A stretch of DNA of 25,653 nt from an uncultured bacterium. GTDB taxonomy: Bacteria; JAJVIF01; JAPKYR01. The translations under genes were made by a program, and so were the position numbers. Shown here piece after piece: positions 1-8,319 of this stretch (positions are counted from its first letter, which is position 1; the number at the start of each line of letters is the position of its first letter). The notes under the pieces were generated by a model. The model had not been told where the DNA came from. It searched no databases and worked only from the letters and a program-made list of their open reading frames with translations. The stretch covers positions 1-25,653 of the forward strand of contig CBDURU010000040.1 of NCBI GenBank assembly GCA_965369865.1. Reading direction: 5' to 3'.

Positions 1-127
1 CATTCGACGCACTGCCGTGCTGTTCTACGGTTTTTTTATTCGACGCACTTCCATTCGACGCACTGCCGTGCCGTTCTACGGTTTTTTTCATTTCTCACTT
101 TTATCTTAATCATCCGGAAACCTGTAA
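1..127. repeat. REP-like tandem repeat cluster (copy A), truncated by window start
   Basis: TTCGACGCACTGCCGTGCYGTTCTACGGTTTT at 3-34 and 54-85, with a short TTCGACGCACTTCCA unit at 39-53. The reverse complement reads GTAG + imperfect GCAC-GGCA-GTGC hairpin. 39-127 is homologous to 21330-21417. Confidence 0.8.
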
Positions 128-178
128 GTCCATCCCCATCTCATTGGATGTCTCTGATTTTCGCGGTACACTTTCATC

Positions 179-625
179 ATGGACTTCGATTGGGACCTTG
201 CCCCCGCACCCGAACGTTTTCGATGCCTGTTTAAAGGACAGGCACTTGCACACCTCGATGAATTTGTACTGTCCTGGCGATACGGGGACCACCCGATTTC
301 CTGGGGTGAAACTACCGCGGTATTTGAAATCCGTATTGAGGAGGGTCATGCGGTCCTGTTCAGGCTTCACGCTCCCGGCGAAAGGATCCCGGCACGGATC
401 GAGGTGGATATTTCTGAATCGGTGCGGTGCGGAATCTCATATGAATTCTTAGAAAGTCTCTGGTGTGAACTTGCCGTGATAGGTAATGCAACTGAGAACG
501 CCCACGCACCGCTTGTGGTTTCCCTTGGAAAATTTTCAAGGGGCGACCGCAAGGTGTTTCTCGCTTACGCCCTGAATATCGCACGTCAGATCGCGATTCC
601 ACGGGATGATTACAAAACAGGCTGA
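179..625 (+). CDS. hypothetical protein
   Basis: 148-aa ORF, the longest in this interval, co-oriented and ending just before the larA-like gene. No recognisable motif. Confidence 0.55.
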   Translation: MDFDWDLAPAPERFRCLFKGQALAHLDEFVLSWRYGDHPISWGETTAVFEIRIEEGHAVLFRLHAPGERIPARIEVDISESVRCGISYEFLESLWCELAVIGNATENAHAPLVVSLGKFSRGDRKVFLAYALNIARQIAIPRDDYKTG

Positions 626-649
626 AATTCCCTGAAATTTGTGGCAGCC

Positions 650-1936
650 ATGCCGGAAATTGAACTTGCATATAATCGAACCAGTATTACTATTCCCATC
701 CCGGATTCTAAAGCGGTACGTACACTTCTTCCGAAACCGATAAAGGCAATCGACGATCCACAAGGCTCGTATCTTCGTAACCTTGAAACTCCTCTCGGGG
801 GTCTTCCGCTCGGTAACCTTGCCAGAAATAATTCTAAGGAAGTACTGATCCTTGTTCCCGACCATACAAGGGTGTCGGGAATCGAGCGATCGCTGCCGTG
901 GCTGCTCGATAAGCTCAACGGGTTCGGGGTGCCGGATGAAAAAATTACAATCCTTGTGGCACTGGGATCGCATAAAAAACCTTCCGACACGGTCCTGAGA
1001 CAGACAATCGGGAACGTTTTTAAAAGAGTTAAGGTTGAACTTCATGATACAAATGGACCTGTCACAGATTATGGAAAAACCGGGATGGGAACTCCGGTCA
1101 GGATCAACGCAAAGCTTGCGGAAGCGGGCCTGATCATCCTCTGTACTAACTGTGTGCATCACTACTTCGCGGGATATGGCGGGGGAAGAAAATTAATTCT
1201 TCCAGGGGTCTCGACACTTGATACGATCGCCAGGAATCACTCGCTGACATTTCATGAGTCGGACGAACATGGCGGTGGGCGTCATCCCGGTGTACGATCG
1301 GGTAGTCTCAATGGGAATCCGGTTCACGAGGACATGCTGGAAGCGGTGCGCATGGTCCTGAATGGCAAAGCCCATTTTACGATAATTTCGGTGCTCACAC
1401 CCGACAGGGAATTCGGTTATTTTTTCACCGGCGATTTCGACCGGGCCCACAAGCTGGCCTGCAAGGTGGTTGATGATCACAACATGGTCGATCTCCCGCA
1501 TGGAGAAGCCGACCTGGTGCTCGCATCGGCCGGCGGTTATCCCAGGGACATGAACGTAGTCCAGGCTCATAAGGCAATGGACAACGCCGCGCACGCTTTA
1601 AAACCCGGGGGAACGCTTTTACTCATGATGGCCTGCCCTGACGGGTATGGCAACCCGGCGATTGAGGAATTCGCGCAATGGGATCTGGATACCATCAAAG
1701 CGAAGCTTAATGAAAATTACGCCGTGAATGGCCAGACAGTCTATGCGATCAAGGAAAAAACGGGTAAATTCAGGATCGTCGCGATGTCTGAGCTTCCGGT
1801 TGAATTTCTTGAAAAGGTCGGACTGATCCCGGCTGAAAATGTTAACCGGGCAATTGAGCTGATCAGTGATTCGGTTAAGAAGGCTGAAATTATATACCAC
1901 ATCCCCCGTGCCGACCTGACTGTCCCGAAGTTATAG
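650..1936 (+). CDS. larA: nickel-pincer-dependent lactate racemase (LarA) family 2-hydroxy-acid racemase/epimerase
   Basis: Motifs LVPDHTR, VALGSH, HHYFAGYGGGRKLILPG, GNPVHEDM, AGGYPRDMNVVQAHKA. Start at ATG 650 or GTG 641. Confidence 0.85.
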   Translation: MPEIELAYNRTSITIPIPDSKAVRTLLPKPIKAIDDPQGSYLRNLETPLGGLPLGNLARNNSKEVLILVPDHTRVSGIERSLPWLLDKLNGFGVPDEKITILVALGSHKKPSDTVLRQTIGNVFKRVKVELHDTNGPVTDYGKTGMGTPVRINAKLAEAGLIILCTNCVHHYFAGYGGGRKLILPGVSTLDTIARNHSLTFHESDEHGGGRHPGVRSGSLNGNPVHEDMLEAVRMVLNGKAHFTIISVLTPDREFGYFFTGDFDRAHKLACKVVDDHNMVDLPHGEADLVLASAGGYPRDMNVVQAHKAMDNAAHALKPGGTLLLMMACPDGYGNPAIEEFAQWDLDTIKAKLNENYAVNGQTVYAIKEKTGKFRIVAMSELPVEFLEKVGLIPAENVNRAIELISDSVKKAEIIYHIPRADLTVPKL

Positions 1937-1991
1937 TCCGAAATTACACAAATCCCGATTTCATTTTTGTCCAATATCAAATTTCTACCAA

Positions 1992-2089
1992 TGGTTTAAA
2001 GCAAGGATTTCCCCTACGTGCCGTTAGCTTCCAGCTATCGGATAGCAAGTACCGACTGCATCCTGCAGTTGGGTTTTTGGGTTGAAAAT
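1992..2089 (+). repeat. 98-bp dispersed double-hairpin element, copy 1
   Basis: Ungapped match to 18900-18997 (14 mismatches by manual count). Hairpins CCGTTAGCT-TCC-AGCTATCGG and CCGACTGCA-TCC-TGCAGTTGG followed by a T-run. Confidence 0.85.
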
Positions 2090-2356
2090 CGCCACCATCT
2101 CATTCGAAAAACCAGCAAAACGTGCAGACCTCCACCTGTAAAATGTGATCTGGCCGCCCGGATGCCTTATCCTACGGGCTAACCTTGTCCAAAATCAGAT
2201 TATCTTGGACAGCAGTATCCCGATTTCATTTTCGTTGAAGCCCATGTTTCAGCACCAACAAGCTCGTCCGACTGGCGTCGAACTTCGCATGTTGGCGGCA
2301 CCCATGGTCTGTGATACCATGTCCTTCCTTAATTTATTCGAAGGACTTCACTCACC

Positions 2357-2794
2357 ATGCCCGATTACGAATACTTCGACAATTCCTATCCCGGCCTCCT
2401 TATCGAAAATTTCCAGAACCAGCCCACCATGCGTTTCTTCGGCGCCTTAATTACCGACCTCAGGCCGGGTTACTGCGAGGTCACCCTCCCCTGGCGTAAG
2501 GAATTCACACAGCAGTCGGACGCGGTGCACGGCGGGATACTCGCGACAATCGCCGACAACGCGGGCGGATACGCGGCGTGGACACTCGAACCGAACGACG
2601 CGAACATGCTCGCGGTCGAGTTCAAGATCAATCTGATTTCTGCGGCTAAAGGCGATCCGATTATCGCGAGAGGGCATGTGGTGAAGCATGGAAAATCACT
2701 GTCGGTTTCAAAGATCGATATTTACTCGGTCGAGGACGGTGAAGAGGTCCTCTGCGCGATCATGCAGCAGACTTTAATGTGTCTGAGGGGGTAG
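2357..2794 (+). CDS. PaaI-family hotdog-fold acyl-CoA thioesterase
   Basis: VHGGILATIADNAGG motif, VEFKINL strand, 145 aa, SD-like GAAGGA upstream. Confidence 0.88.
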   Translation: MPDYEYFDNSYPGLLIENFQNQPTMRFFGALITDLRPGYCEVTLPWRKEFTQQSDAVHGGILATIADNAGGYAAWTLEPNDANMLAVEFKINLISAAKGDPIIARGHVVKHGKSLSVSKIDIYSVEDGEEVLCAIMQQTLMCLRG

Positions 2795-2835
2795 TGGATT
2801 ACCGGGAAAATTCAGAATCATCAGGGAGGTCCATC

Positions 2836-3273
2836 ATGGCAACAGGAAAGTTTAATCACCGATCGGGTTTCTTCCGTTTTAACCTGTCAGCGGTAATTCT
2901 GATAACCTTACTCCCCCTCCTGCTCGGCTGCCGTGGTCCCAGCCCGCTGCAGACTTTATATAAATTTGATGTAGCCTGTATGAGACAAGATCGGGATGAA
3001 GCTAAAAAATACTGCACCACCCGGTACATCGAGGAGAGACTTAAGCCCGGAGATCATCTGGGAGGTATGGGCATATCATGTGGGGTATTTGTACCGGCCC
3101 CGCCAGAGTATATACCATCGTATTCTGAATTCAAAGATGACTTTTCAGTATCTATCGTAGGTAACACAGCGAGGCTTGTACGCACGATTGTGGGTCCGAG
3201 TGGTGGGGAAGTGGTTTACACGATGATATTCACGGGTAGAGGCTGGAAACTTGATAGTATGAAATTTGAGTGA
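2836..3273 (+). CDS. hypothetical lipoprotein
   Basis: GGGAGG RBS at 2824-2829 before ATG 2836. Basic N-terminus, hydrophobic stretch and lipobox LLGC. C-terminal GWKL strand reminiscent of NTF2-like lipoproteins. Confidence 0.65.
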   Translation: MATGKFNHRSGFFRFNLSAVILITLLPLLLGCRGPSPLQTLYKFDVACMRQDRDEAKKYCTTRYIEERLKPGDHLGGMGISCGVFVPAPPEYIPSYSEFKDDFSVSIVGNTARLVRTIVGPSGGEVVYTMIFTGRGWKLDSMKFE

Positions 3274-3487
3274 AATATTTTAGACCTGAGTTACTCAGTA
3301 ACCACGAAACTCATTTTAAAATCCTCTTATATTTCGCCATCCAAACATATCTTTAATTAAATAATTTATAACTATATATTAAAACCCGCTTACATAACAT
3401 GGCGCCGTTCATTAATTCCCCTGTTCATACACGATTGGACAGATTTCACAACGTGCAACCTTTATCTTTAATATAGTTCGATTCCTG

Positions 3488-3516
3488 TTGACAAATATTC
3501 CCTCTAATGTTAAATT
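3488..3516 (+). promoter_or_regulatory. sigma70-type promoter of the bzd operon
   Basis: TTGACA (3488-3493), 17-nt spacer, TGn extended -10 and TAAATT (3511-3516), in AT-rich intergenic DNA. Confidence 0.7.
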
Positions 3517-3689
3517 TCACAAACCGTCTCGGATAAATGAGATTTAATCGGGACCACCGGCATAAAGGCAGGTGGTTAGCTTTTTTGAAGAGCTTTTTCC
3601 GATCTCACAACTTATGAATACGGTCAAAATCTGGGAATAATTTCCAGGATATTTTTGACTTTTTTTTGCCCGGTAAGGAGTGCTTTTAT

Positions 3690-4817
3690 ATGTTTGATAA
3701 ATTTAAGGATTGGGAGCGCAACCGTCACGACTACGCCAAAGACTGGCAGAAGCGTACGGGCAGGAAGGTCCTCGGATATTTCTGCACGTATGTTCCCGAA
3801 GAAATTCTCTATGCCGCCGGGGTGCTCCCTGTTCGAATTCTCGGCAGCCATGAACCCCAGGACGTGACCGAGCCGCATATTTTCGGAATGTTCTGCCCGT
3901 TCTGCCGCGATTGTCTCGCGCAGGGTTTGAAGGGCCGCTACGATTACCTCGACGGCCTTACAATCGCGCAGTCCTGCCTCCACATTCGACAGACATACAC
4001 ATCGTGGGTGAAATATATCCCCATCGATTTCACTTATTACATGCCGCACCCTATGAAACTCCAAAGCCCGCGTGCCCTGCCCTACCTCACCGAAGAAATC
4101 AGGGTTTTCAAGAAAGCTGTCGAGGAATGGACCGGACAGGAGATCACCGACGAGAAACTTCAAAACGCGATCGACGTTTACAACGAAAATCGCCGACTGA
4201 TGCGAGAGATATACGACCTCAGGAAGTCCGAGGATCCGAAGCTTACGGGTGAGGAAGCTATGGAGATGGTTATCTCCAGCCAGATGACCGACAAAGCCGA
4301 GCATAATGAAGAATTGAAAAAAGTTCTCGCACAACTGCCGTCGCGTGAAACAGACCGCGACACTGGCACACGCCTTATGATTCTCGGCAGTGAAGATGAC
4401 GATATCGAATTTCTCAACATGGTTGAGTCATTCGACGCCACTTTTGTAGTTGACGATCACTGCACAGGCTCCCGTTATTTCTGGAACGAGGTAAAACCGA
4501 ACGGCAACCTCATGCAGGCCATCGCGCAACGTCAAATCGACCGTCCCCCGTGTCCATCCAAGGACTGGGAGGAGCGTACGAGAGTCAAACACATTCTCCA
4601 ACTCGCTAAGGACTGGGATGTTGAGGGCGCGATTGTAATTCAGCAGAAATTCTGCGACCCGCATGAATTAGATATACCGGCAATTCGTAAAAACCTTGAG
4701 GAAAACGGGGTTAAGAACCTGTTCCTCGAGTTTGATGTAACAGTACCCATCGGGCAGTTTAAAGTCCGGGTCGAGGCGTTCCTCGAGATGATCAGCAAAG
4801 AAGATTTATTTGATTGA
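3690..4817 (+). CDS. bzdN: benzoyl-CoA reductase, Bzd-type, subunit N (2-hydroxyacyl-CoA dehydratase family)
   Basis: [41 protein letters not shown] motifs. TAAGGAG RBS before ATG 3690. First gene of the N-O-P-Q-M order. Confidence 0.85.
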   Translation: MFDKFKDWERNRHDYAKDWQKRTGRKVLGYFCTYVPEEILYAAGVLPVRILGSHEPQDVTEPHIFGMFCPFCRDCLAQGLKGRYDYLDGLTIAQSCLHIRQTYTSWVKYIPIDFTYYMPHPMKLQSPRALPYLTEEIRVFKKAVEEWTGQEITDEKLQNAIDVYNENRRLMREIYDLRKSEDPKLTGEEAMEMVISSQMTDKAEHNEELKKVLAQLPSRETDRDTGTRLMILGSEDDDIEFLNMVESFDATFVVDDHCTGSRYFWNEVKPNGNLMQAIAQRQIDRPPCPSKDWEERTRVKHILQLAKDWDVEGAIVIQQKFCDPHELDIPAIRKNLEENGVKNLFLEFDVTVPIGQFKVRVEAFLEMISKEDLFD

Positions 4818-4830
4818 TTGGAGAAGATCG

Positions 4831-6135
4831 ATGGCTACCAAGGAATTATATAAAACCAAACCTCTTGAATGCTGGAACAAGGCAAAAGAGATAAGGAACA
4901 ACTACTACCTGGACTATGCCAAGGCGCATGAGAAGGGCGGGCTGAGATGGTGCGGCGGGGCCTGGAGTTTCGGGGCTATTCCAGAAGGCCTCGGTGATGA
5001 TGTCTACAGCATCACCGGCGAGCCTTATGCGGCCTCTGTCGCTTATAACAGGGATTTCGCCATGAAGTGCATGGAGGCGACCGAGCGAGTGGGCTATGCA
5101 CGCGATCTCTGCTCCTACATGCGCAATTACTGGGGATCGATCATCCTCAATAAATACCTTTGGGGCGGCAAGTTCCCGAAGCCGGACTTCATCTGGCAGG
5201 ATCACATCTGCTGCTCTCACGCCAAGTGGTACCAGGTGGTCAGCGATCTCGAGGGCGGCCTTCCGAACTTCACCATCGATGTCACCGTAGGGCCTTACAA
5301 CGAACTTACTCAGAATAGGGTAGATTACGTCGTTGGACAGATGCACGACGGGATCGAGTGGCTTGAGAAGATCACGGGGCGGACCTACGACGATGAGAAG
5401 CTGATCGAGGCGGTTAAGAACGATTTCCGGTCAACGTCCGTTTGGGCCGATATATGCTGCCTAAACAAGGCCAAACCAGCGCCACTCGAGGAAAAGACAA
5501 TATATTCCCTTTATGTTCTCGGTACCTTGATGAGGCACAACAAGATCGTGGCGGATTTCTATGAAGAACTGCGCGACGAGGTTCAGGACAGGGTTGACAA
5601 TCAAATCGCCGCCATACCTAATGAGCAATGCCGGCTGATGTCCGATACGCAGCCGCCTTGGGGCTTCTTGAAAATTTTCCGCTACCTTGAGCAGTTTGGA
5701 GCGATCTCCGTGGGGTCGCTTTACAGCTTCGCACTTATCGGCGTGTGGGAGGTCAAGCCTGACGGCACCTGGGGTCCCAGGACCACTCCGATGGAGCAGG
5801 GGGTCGAGATCAAGAACCGTGACCAGGCCCTCCGCCTTTATGCTGAATGGAATCTCAGCAAGCCTGAGTGGCAGCATTTCTACTCGCCTCATCTGAAGAC
5901 CGACATGATGGCGCGAATCGCCAGGGAGTGGTCGCTGGACGGTATAATACTGCACTATAACCGGGGTTGTGAAGGTTTGAGCATGGGAATCGCTGAGAAT
6001 CGGCTGGGTTTGATCGAAGCAGGCTTCCCGGTCATGACATTCGAGGGCAACATGGGTGACGAGAGGGAATTCGATCTACCGAAAACCATGACCCGAATCG
6101 ATGCGTTCATGGAGACGCTTGGATATAAAAAATAG
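4831..6135 (+). CDS. bzdO: benzoyl-CoA reductase, Bzd-type, subunit O
   Basis: [46 protein letters not shown] motifs. GGAG RBS before ATG 4831. Confidence 0.88.
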   Translation: MATKELYKTKPLECWNKAKEIRNNYYLDYAKAHEKGGLRWCGGAWSFGAIPEGLGDDVYSITGEPYAASVAYNRDFAMKCMEATERVGYARDLCSYMRNYWGSIILNKYLWGGKFPKPDFIWQDHICCSHAKWYQVVSDLEGGLPNFTIDVTVGPYNELTQNRVDYVVGQMHDGIEWLEKITGRTYDDEKLIEAVKNDFRSTSVWADICCLNKAKPAPLEEKTIYSLYVLGTLMRHNKIVADFYEELRDEVQDRVDNQIAAIPNEQCRLMSDTQPPWGFLKIFRYLEQFGAISVGSLYSFALIGVWEVKPDGTWGPRTTPMEQGVEIKNRDQALRLYAEWNLSKPEWQHFYSPHLKTDMMARIAREWSLDGIILHYNRGCEGLSMGIAENRLGLIEAGFPVMTFEGNMGDEREFDLPKTMTRIDAFMETLGYKK

Positions 6136-6184
6136 AAACGATCGTAAAAACAATTTAAAAATTGCATAGAATCCGGAGTAACTT

Positions 6185-7942
6185 ATGATAACCGCTGGAA
6201 TTGATATGGGATCCAAGACCATCAAGGTCGTGATCCTCAAGGACGGAGAAATTATCGGAAAAGCCATTGAGGTTGCGGGTTTCGAGAGCGTCGAAGCTGC
6301 CGAGAAAGCGTTTGCCGTGGCTCTTGAGGACGCTGGAATCACGAAAGATGATATTGAAAGTATTATTGCCACTGGTGCGGGACGTAAAAACGCTCCCTAT
6401 ACAGACCGGGACGTAACTGAGGTCAGCGCGAGTGCAAGGGGTGCGACGAACCTGTATCCCGCTGCAAGAACGGTTATCGATGTCGGGGCCGAGGAAGGCC
6501 GCGCGATCCGGCTTACACCGGAAGGTAAAGTAATGGATTTCGCCCTGAACGAAAAATGCGCTGCCGGCGCCGGGGCATTCACAGAATCGATGAGCCGTGC
6601 GCTTGAGGTTCCGATAGAAGAACTTGGCGCTTTATCTCTTAAGTCCACTACTGCAATTCCGATGAACGCACAGTGTGCCGTTTTCGCCGAGTCGGAAGTA
6701 GTAACCCTCGTTCACGCGAAAACATCGAAAAAGGATATCGCCAGGGCGGTCCATGACGCGATCGCGAGCCGTATTGTTTCTCTCGCCCGAAAGGTCGGAT
6801 TCGCGCCGGAGGTGGTCCTGATCGGCGGCGTAGCTTTCAACACCGGATTCGTGGATTCCCTCGAACGGGCTTTGGAGACCAGGGTTATAATTCCGGATAA
6901 TCCTGAATTCATCGGTGCATACGGAGCCGCACTGATAGCGGCGGAGGGGGAGCCTATGGACATATCCTGGGAGTCGCCGGTTGCTGAGACAACCTCGGAG
7001 AAAAAAACAGCAACACCTGTCATTCTACCTGATTCAACCCCTGCAATTCCGCCAGATGAAGATGAAAAGGCTGAGTACTGGCGTTGGAAAGAATACAACT
7101 GGCATGATGAGAACATAGACTGGCGCGACGCTGATCTTGTTACGGCCGGAGTGGACGTAGGATCAGTATCGTCCCAGGCGGTAATTGTCGTGGATGGAAA
7201 ACTGTATGCGTTCTCCAACATGCGCACCGGATCAAGCAGTCCCGAAAGTGCCACAAACGCAATGAACTGGGCACTGGAAGGCACCGGGCTTACGCTTGAT
7301 GATATCGGATTCGTGGTCGGAACCGGGTACGGTCGGGTCAATGTCCCGTTTTCCAAAAAGGCAATAACCGAAATCGCCTGCCACGCTCGCGGGGCCAATT
7401 TCATGTACGGCCCCACGGTCAGGACAGTCCTCGATATGGGCGGACAGGACTGCAAGGTCATCCGCTGCGATGAGAGGGGCAAGGTGACGGCTTTCGCTAT
7501 GAACGATAAATGCGCAGCCGGTACCGGACGAGGCATGGAGGTTTTCGCCGACCTGCTTGCGATTCCGATCGAGGATGTTGGCGAGATGTCATTTGACATC
7601 GAGGAAGAACCGCCCCCGGTTTCGAGCACATGCGTTGTCTTCGCTAAATCCGAGGCGACCGGGCTTCTTCGCGAAGGTTGGCCGAAAAGCAAGGTGCTCG
7701 CGGCGTACTGTTCGGCGATGGCGCACCGTGTTGTGACGCTTCTGGAGCAGGTTGGGATCGAAAAGGAATTCGCCATTACAGGTGGAATCGCCAAGAACAT
7801 CGGTGTCGTGAAACGTCTATGCAAAGAGATCGATCTTGAATCACTGACAACCGAGTACGACACCCAGATCGCCGGCGGACTCGGTGGAGCATTATTCGCA
7901 CAGAATCTGTTAAAGAAAAAACTCGCAAAGGCTGGGAAATAG
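6185..7942 (+). CDS. bzdPQ: fused benzoyl-CoA reductase ATP-binding activator subunits P+Q (two ASKHA/BcrAD domains)
   Basis: Domain 1: GIDMGS, IDVGAEE, NEKCAAGAG, QCAVFAESE. Pro/Glu/Thr-rich linker. Domain 2: EYWRW, GVDVGS, GTGYGR, LDMGGQD, NDKCAAGTG, TCVVFAKSE. No stop codon between them. Confidence 0.85.
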   Translation: MITAGIDMGSKTIKVVILKDGEIIGKAIEVAGFESVEAAEKAFAVALEDAGITKDDIESIIATGAGRKNAPYTDRDVTEVSASARGATNLYPAARTVIDVGAEEGRAIRLTPEGKVMDFALNEKCAAGAGAFTESMSRALEVPIEELGALSLKSTTAIPMNAQCAVFAESEVVTLVHAKTSKKDIARAVHDAIASRIVSLARKVGFAPEVVLIGGVAFNTGFVDSLERALETRVIIPDNPEFIGAYGAALIAAEGEPMDISWESPVAETTSEKKTATPVILPDSTPAIPPDEDEKAEYWRWKEYNWHDENIDWRDADLVTAGVDVGSVSSQAVIVVDGKLYAFSNMRTGSSSPESATNAMNWALEGTGLTLDDIGFVVGTGYGRVNVPFSKKAITEIACHARGANFMYGPTVRTVLDMGGQDCKVIRCDERGKVTAFAMNDKCAAGTGRGMEVFADLLAIPIEDVGEMSFDIEEEPPPVSSTCVVFAKSEATGLLREGWPKSKVLAAYCSAMAHRVVTLLEQVGIEKEFAITGGIAKNIGVVKRLCKEIDLESLTTEYDTQIAGGLGGALFAQNLLKKKLAKAGK

Positions 7943-7979
7943 TTTCAGTTTCCTGAACGACGGACAGAAGGATATCAAA

Positions 7980-8261
7980 ATGAAAGCTCACTACGGTTAC
8001 AAGGACGGTGCCGGTGATTTTTTCATCACCATCGACACAGACAACTGTATCGAATGCTCGGACCATCCATGCGTCCCGGCCTGTCCGGAGGGTGTTCTCG
8101 AAATTATCGAGGATGACTACGAGGACATGGTCGCGTCGGTGACCGGGGATCACCGCAAGAAAATCAAGTACTCATGCGCACCATGCAAGCCCGATATAAA
8201 CCGTCCACCACTCCCATGTATCGAGGCATGTCCCAAAAACGCCATCGAACATTCCTGGTAA
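7980..8261 (+). CDS. bzdM: 2x[4Fe-4S] ferredoxin of benzoyl-CoA reductase
   Basis: CIECSDHPCVPACP and CAPCKP...PCIEACP cluster motifs. N-terminal YGYKDG. Directly follows the activator gene. Confidence 0.82.
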   Translation: MKAHYGYKDGAGDFFITIDTDNCIECSDHPCVPACPEGVLEIIEDDYEDMVASVTGDHRKKIKYSCAPCKPDINRPPLPCIEACPKNAIEHSW

Positions 8262-8304
8262 AATATCTAACTTGTGCTTCCAGCGCATGACAAAAACCGT
8301 CCTA

Positions 8305-8313
8305 TGCTATAAT
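8305..8313 (+). promoter_or_regulatory. extended -10 promoter, probably giving a leaderless sulfatase mRNA
   Basis: TGc-TATAAT ends 6 nt before ATG 8320. No SD sequence upstream of that ATG. Confidence 0.5.
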
Positions 8314-8319
8314 CCAAAA

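Noticed and set aside
1..88. CRISPR array
   Set aside because: The intervening sequence is itself a partial repeat, there are no unique spacers, and no cas genes are present.
2145..2450. 101-aa ORF upstream of the thioesterase
   Set aside because: It runs through palindromic repeats and overlaps the thioesterase out of frame, with no RBS.
6712..7863. Long antisense ORFs (383 aa here; also 494 aa at 17151-18635 and 236 aa at 3624-4334)
   Set aside because: These are shadows of well-supported sense genes, with no motifs and typical antisense composition.
3690..7942. 2-hydroxyacyl-CoA dehydratase plus activator instead of benzoyl-CoA reductase
   Set aside because: Two distinct activator domains, the BzdQ-type EYWRW start, a BzdM-type ferredoxin and a BzdV-like gene in bzd order favour BCR.
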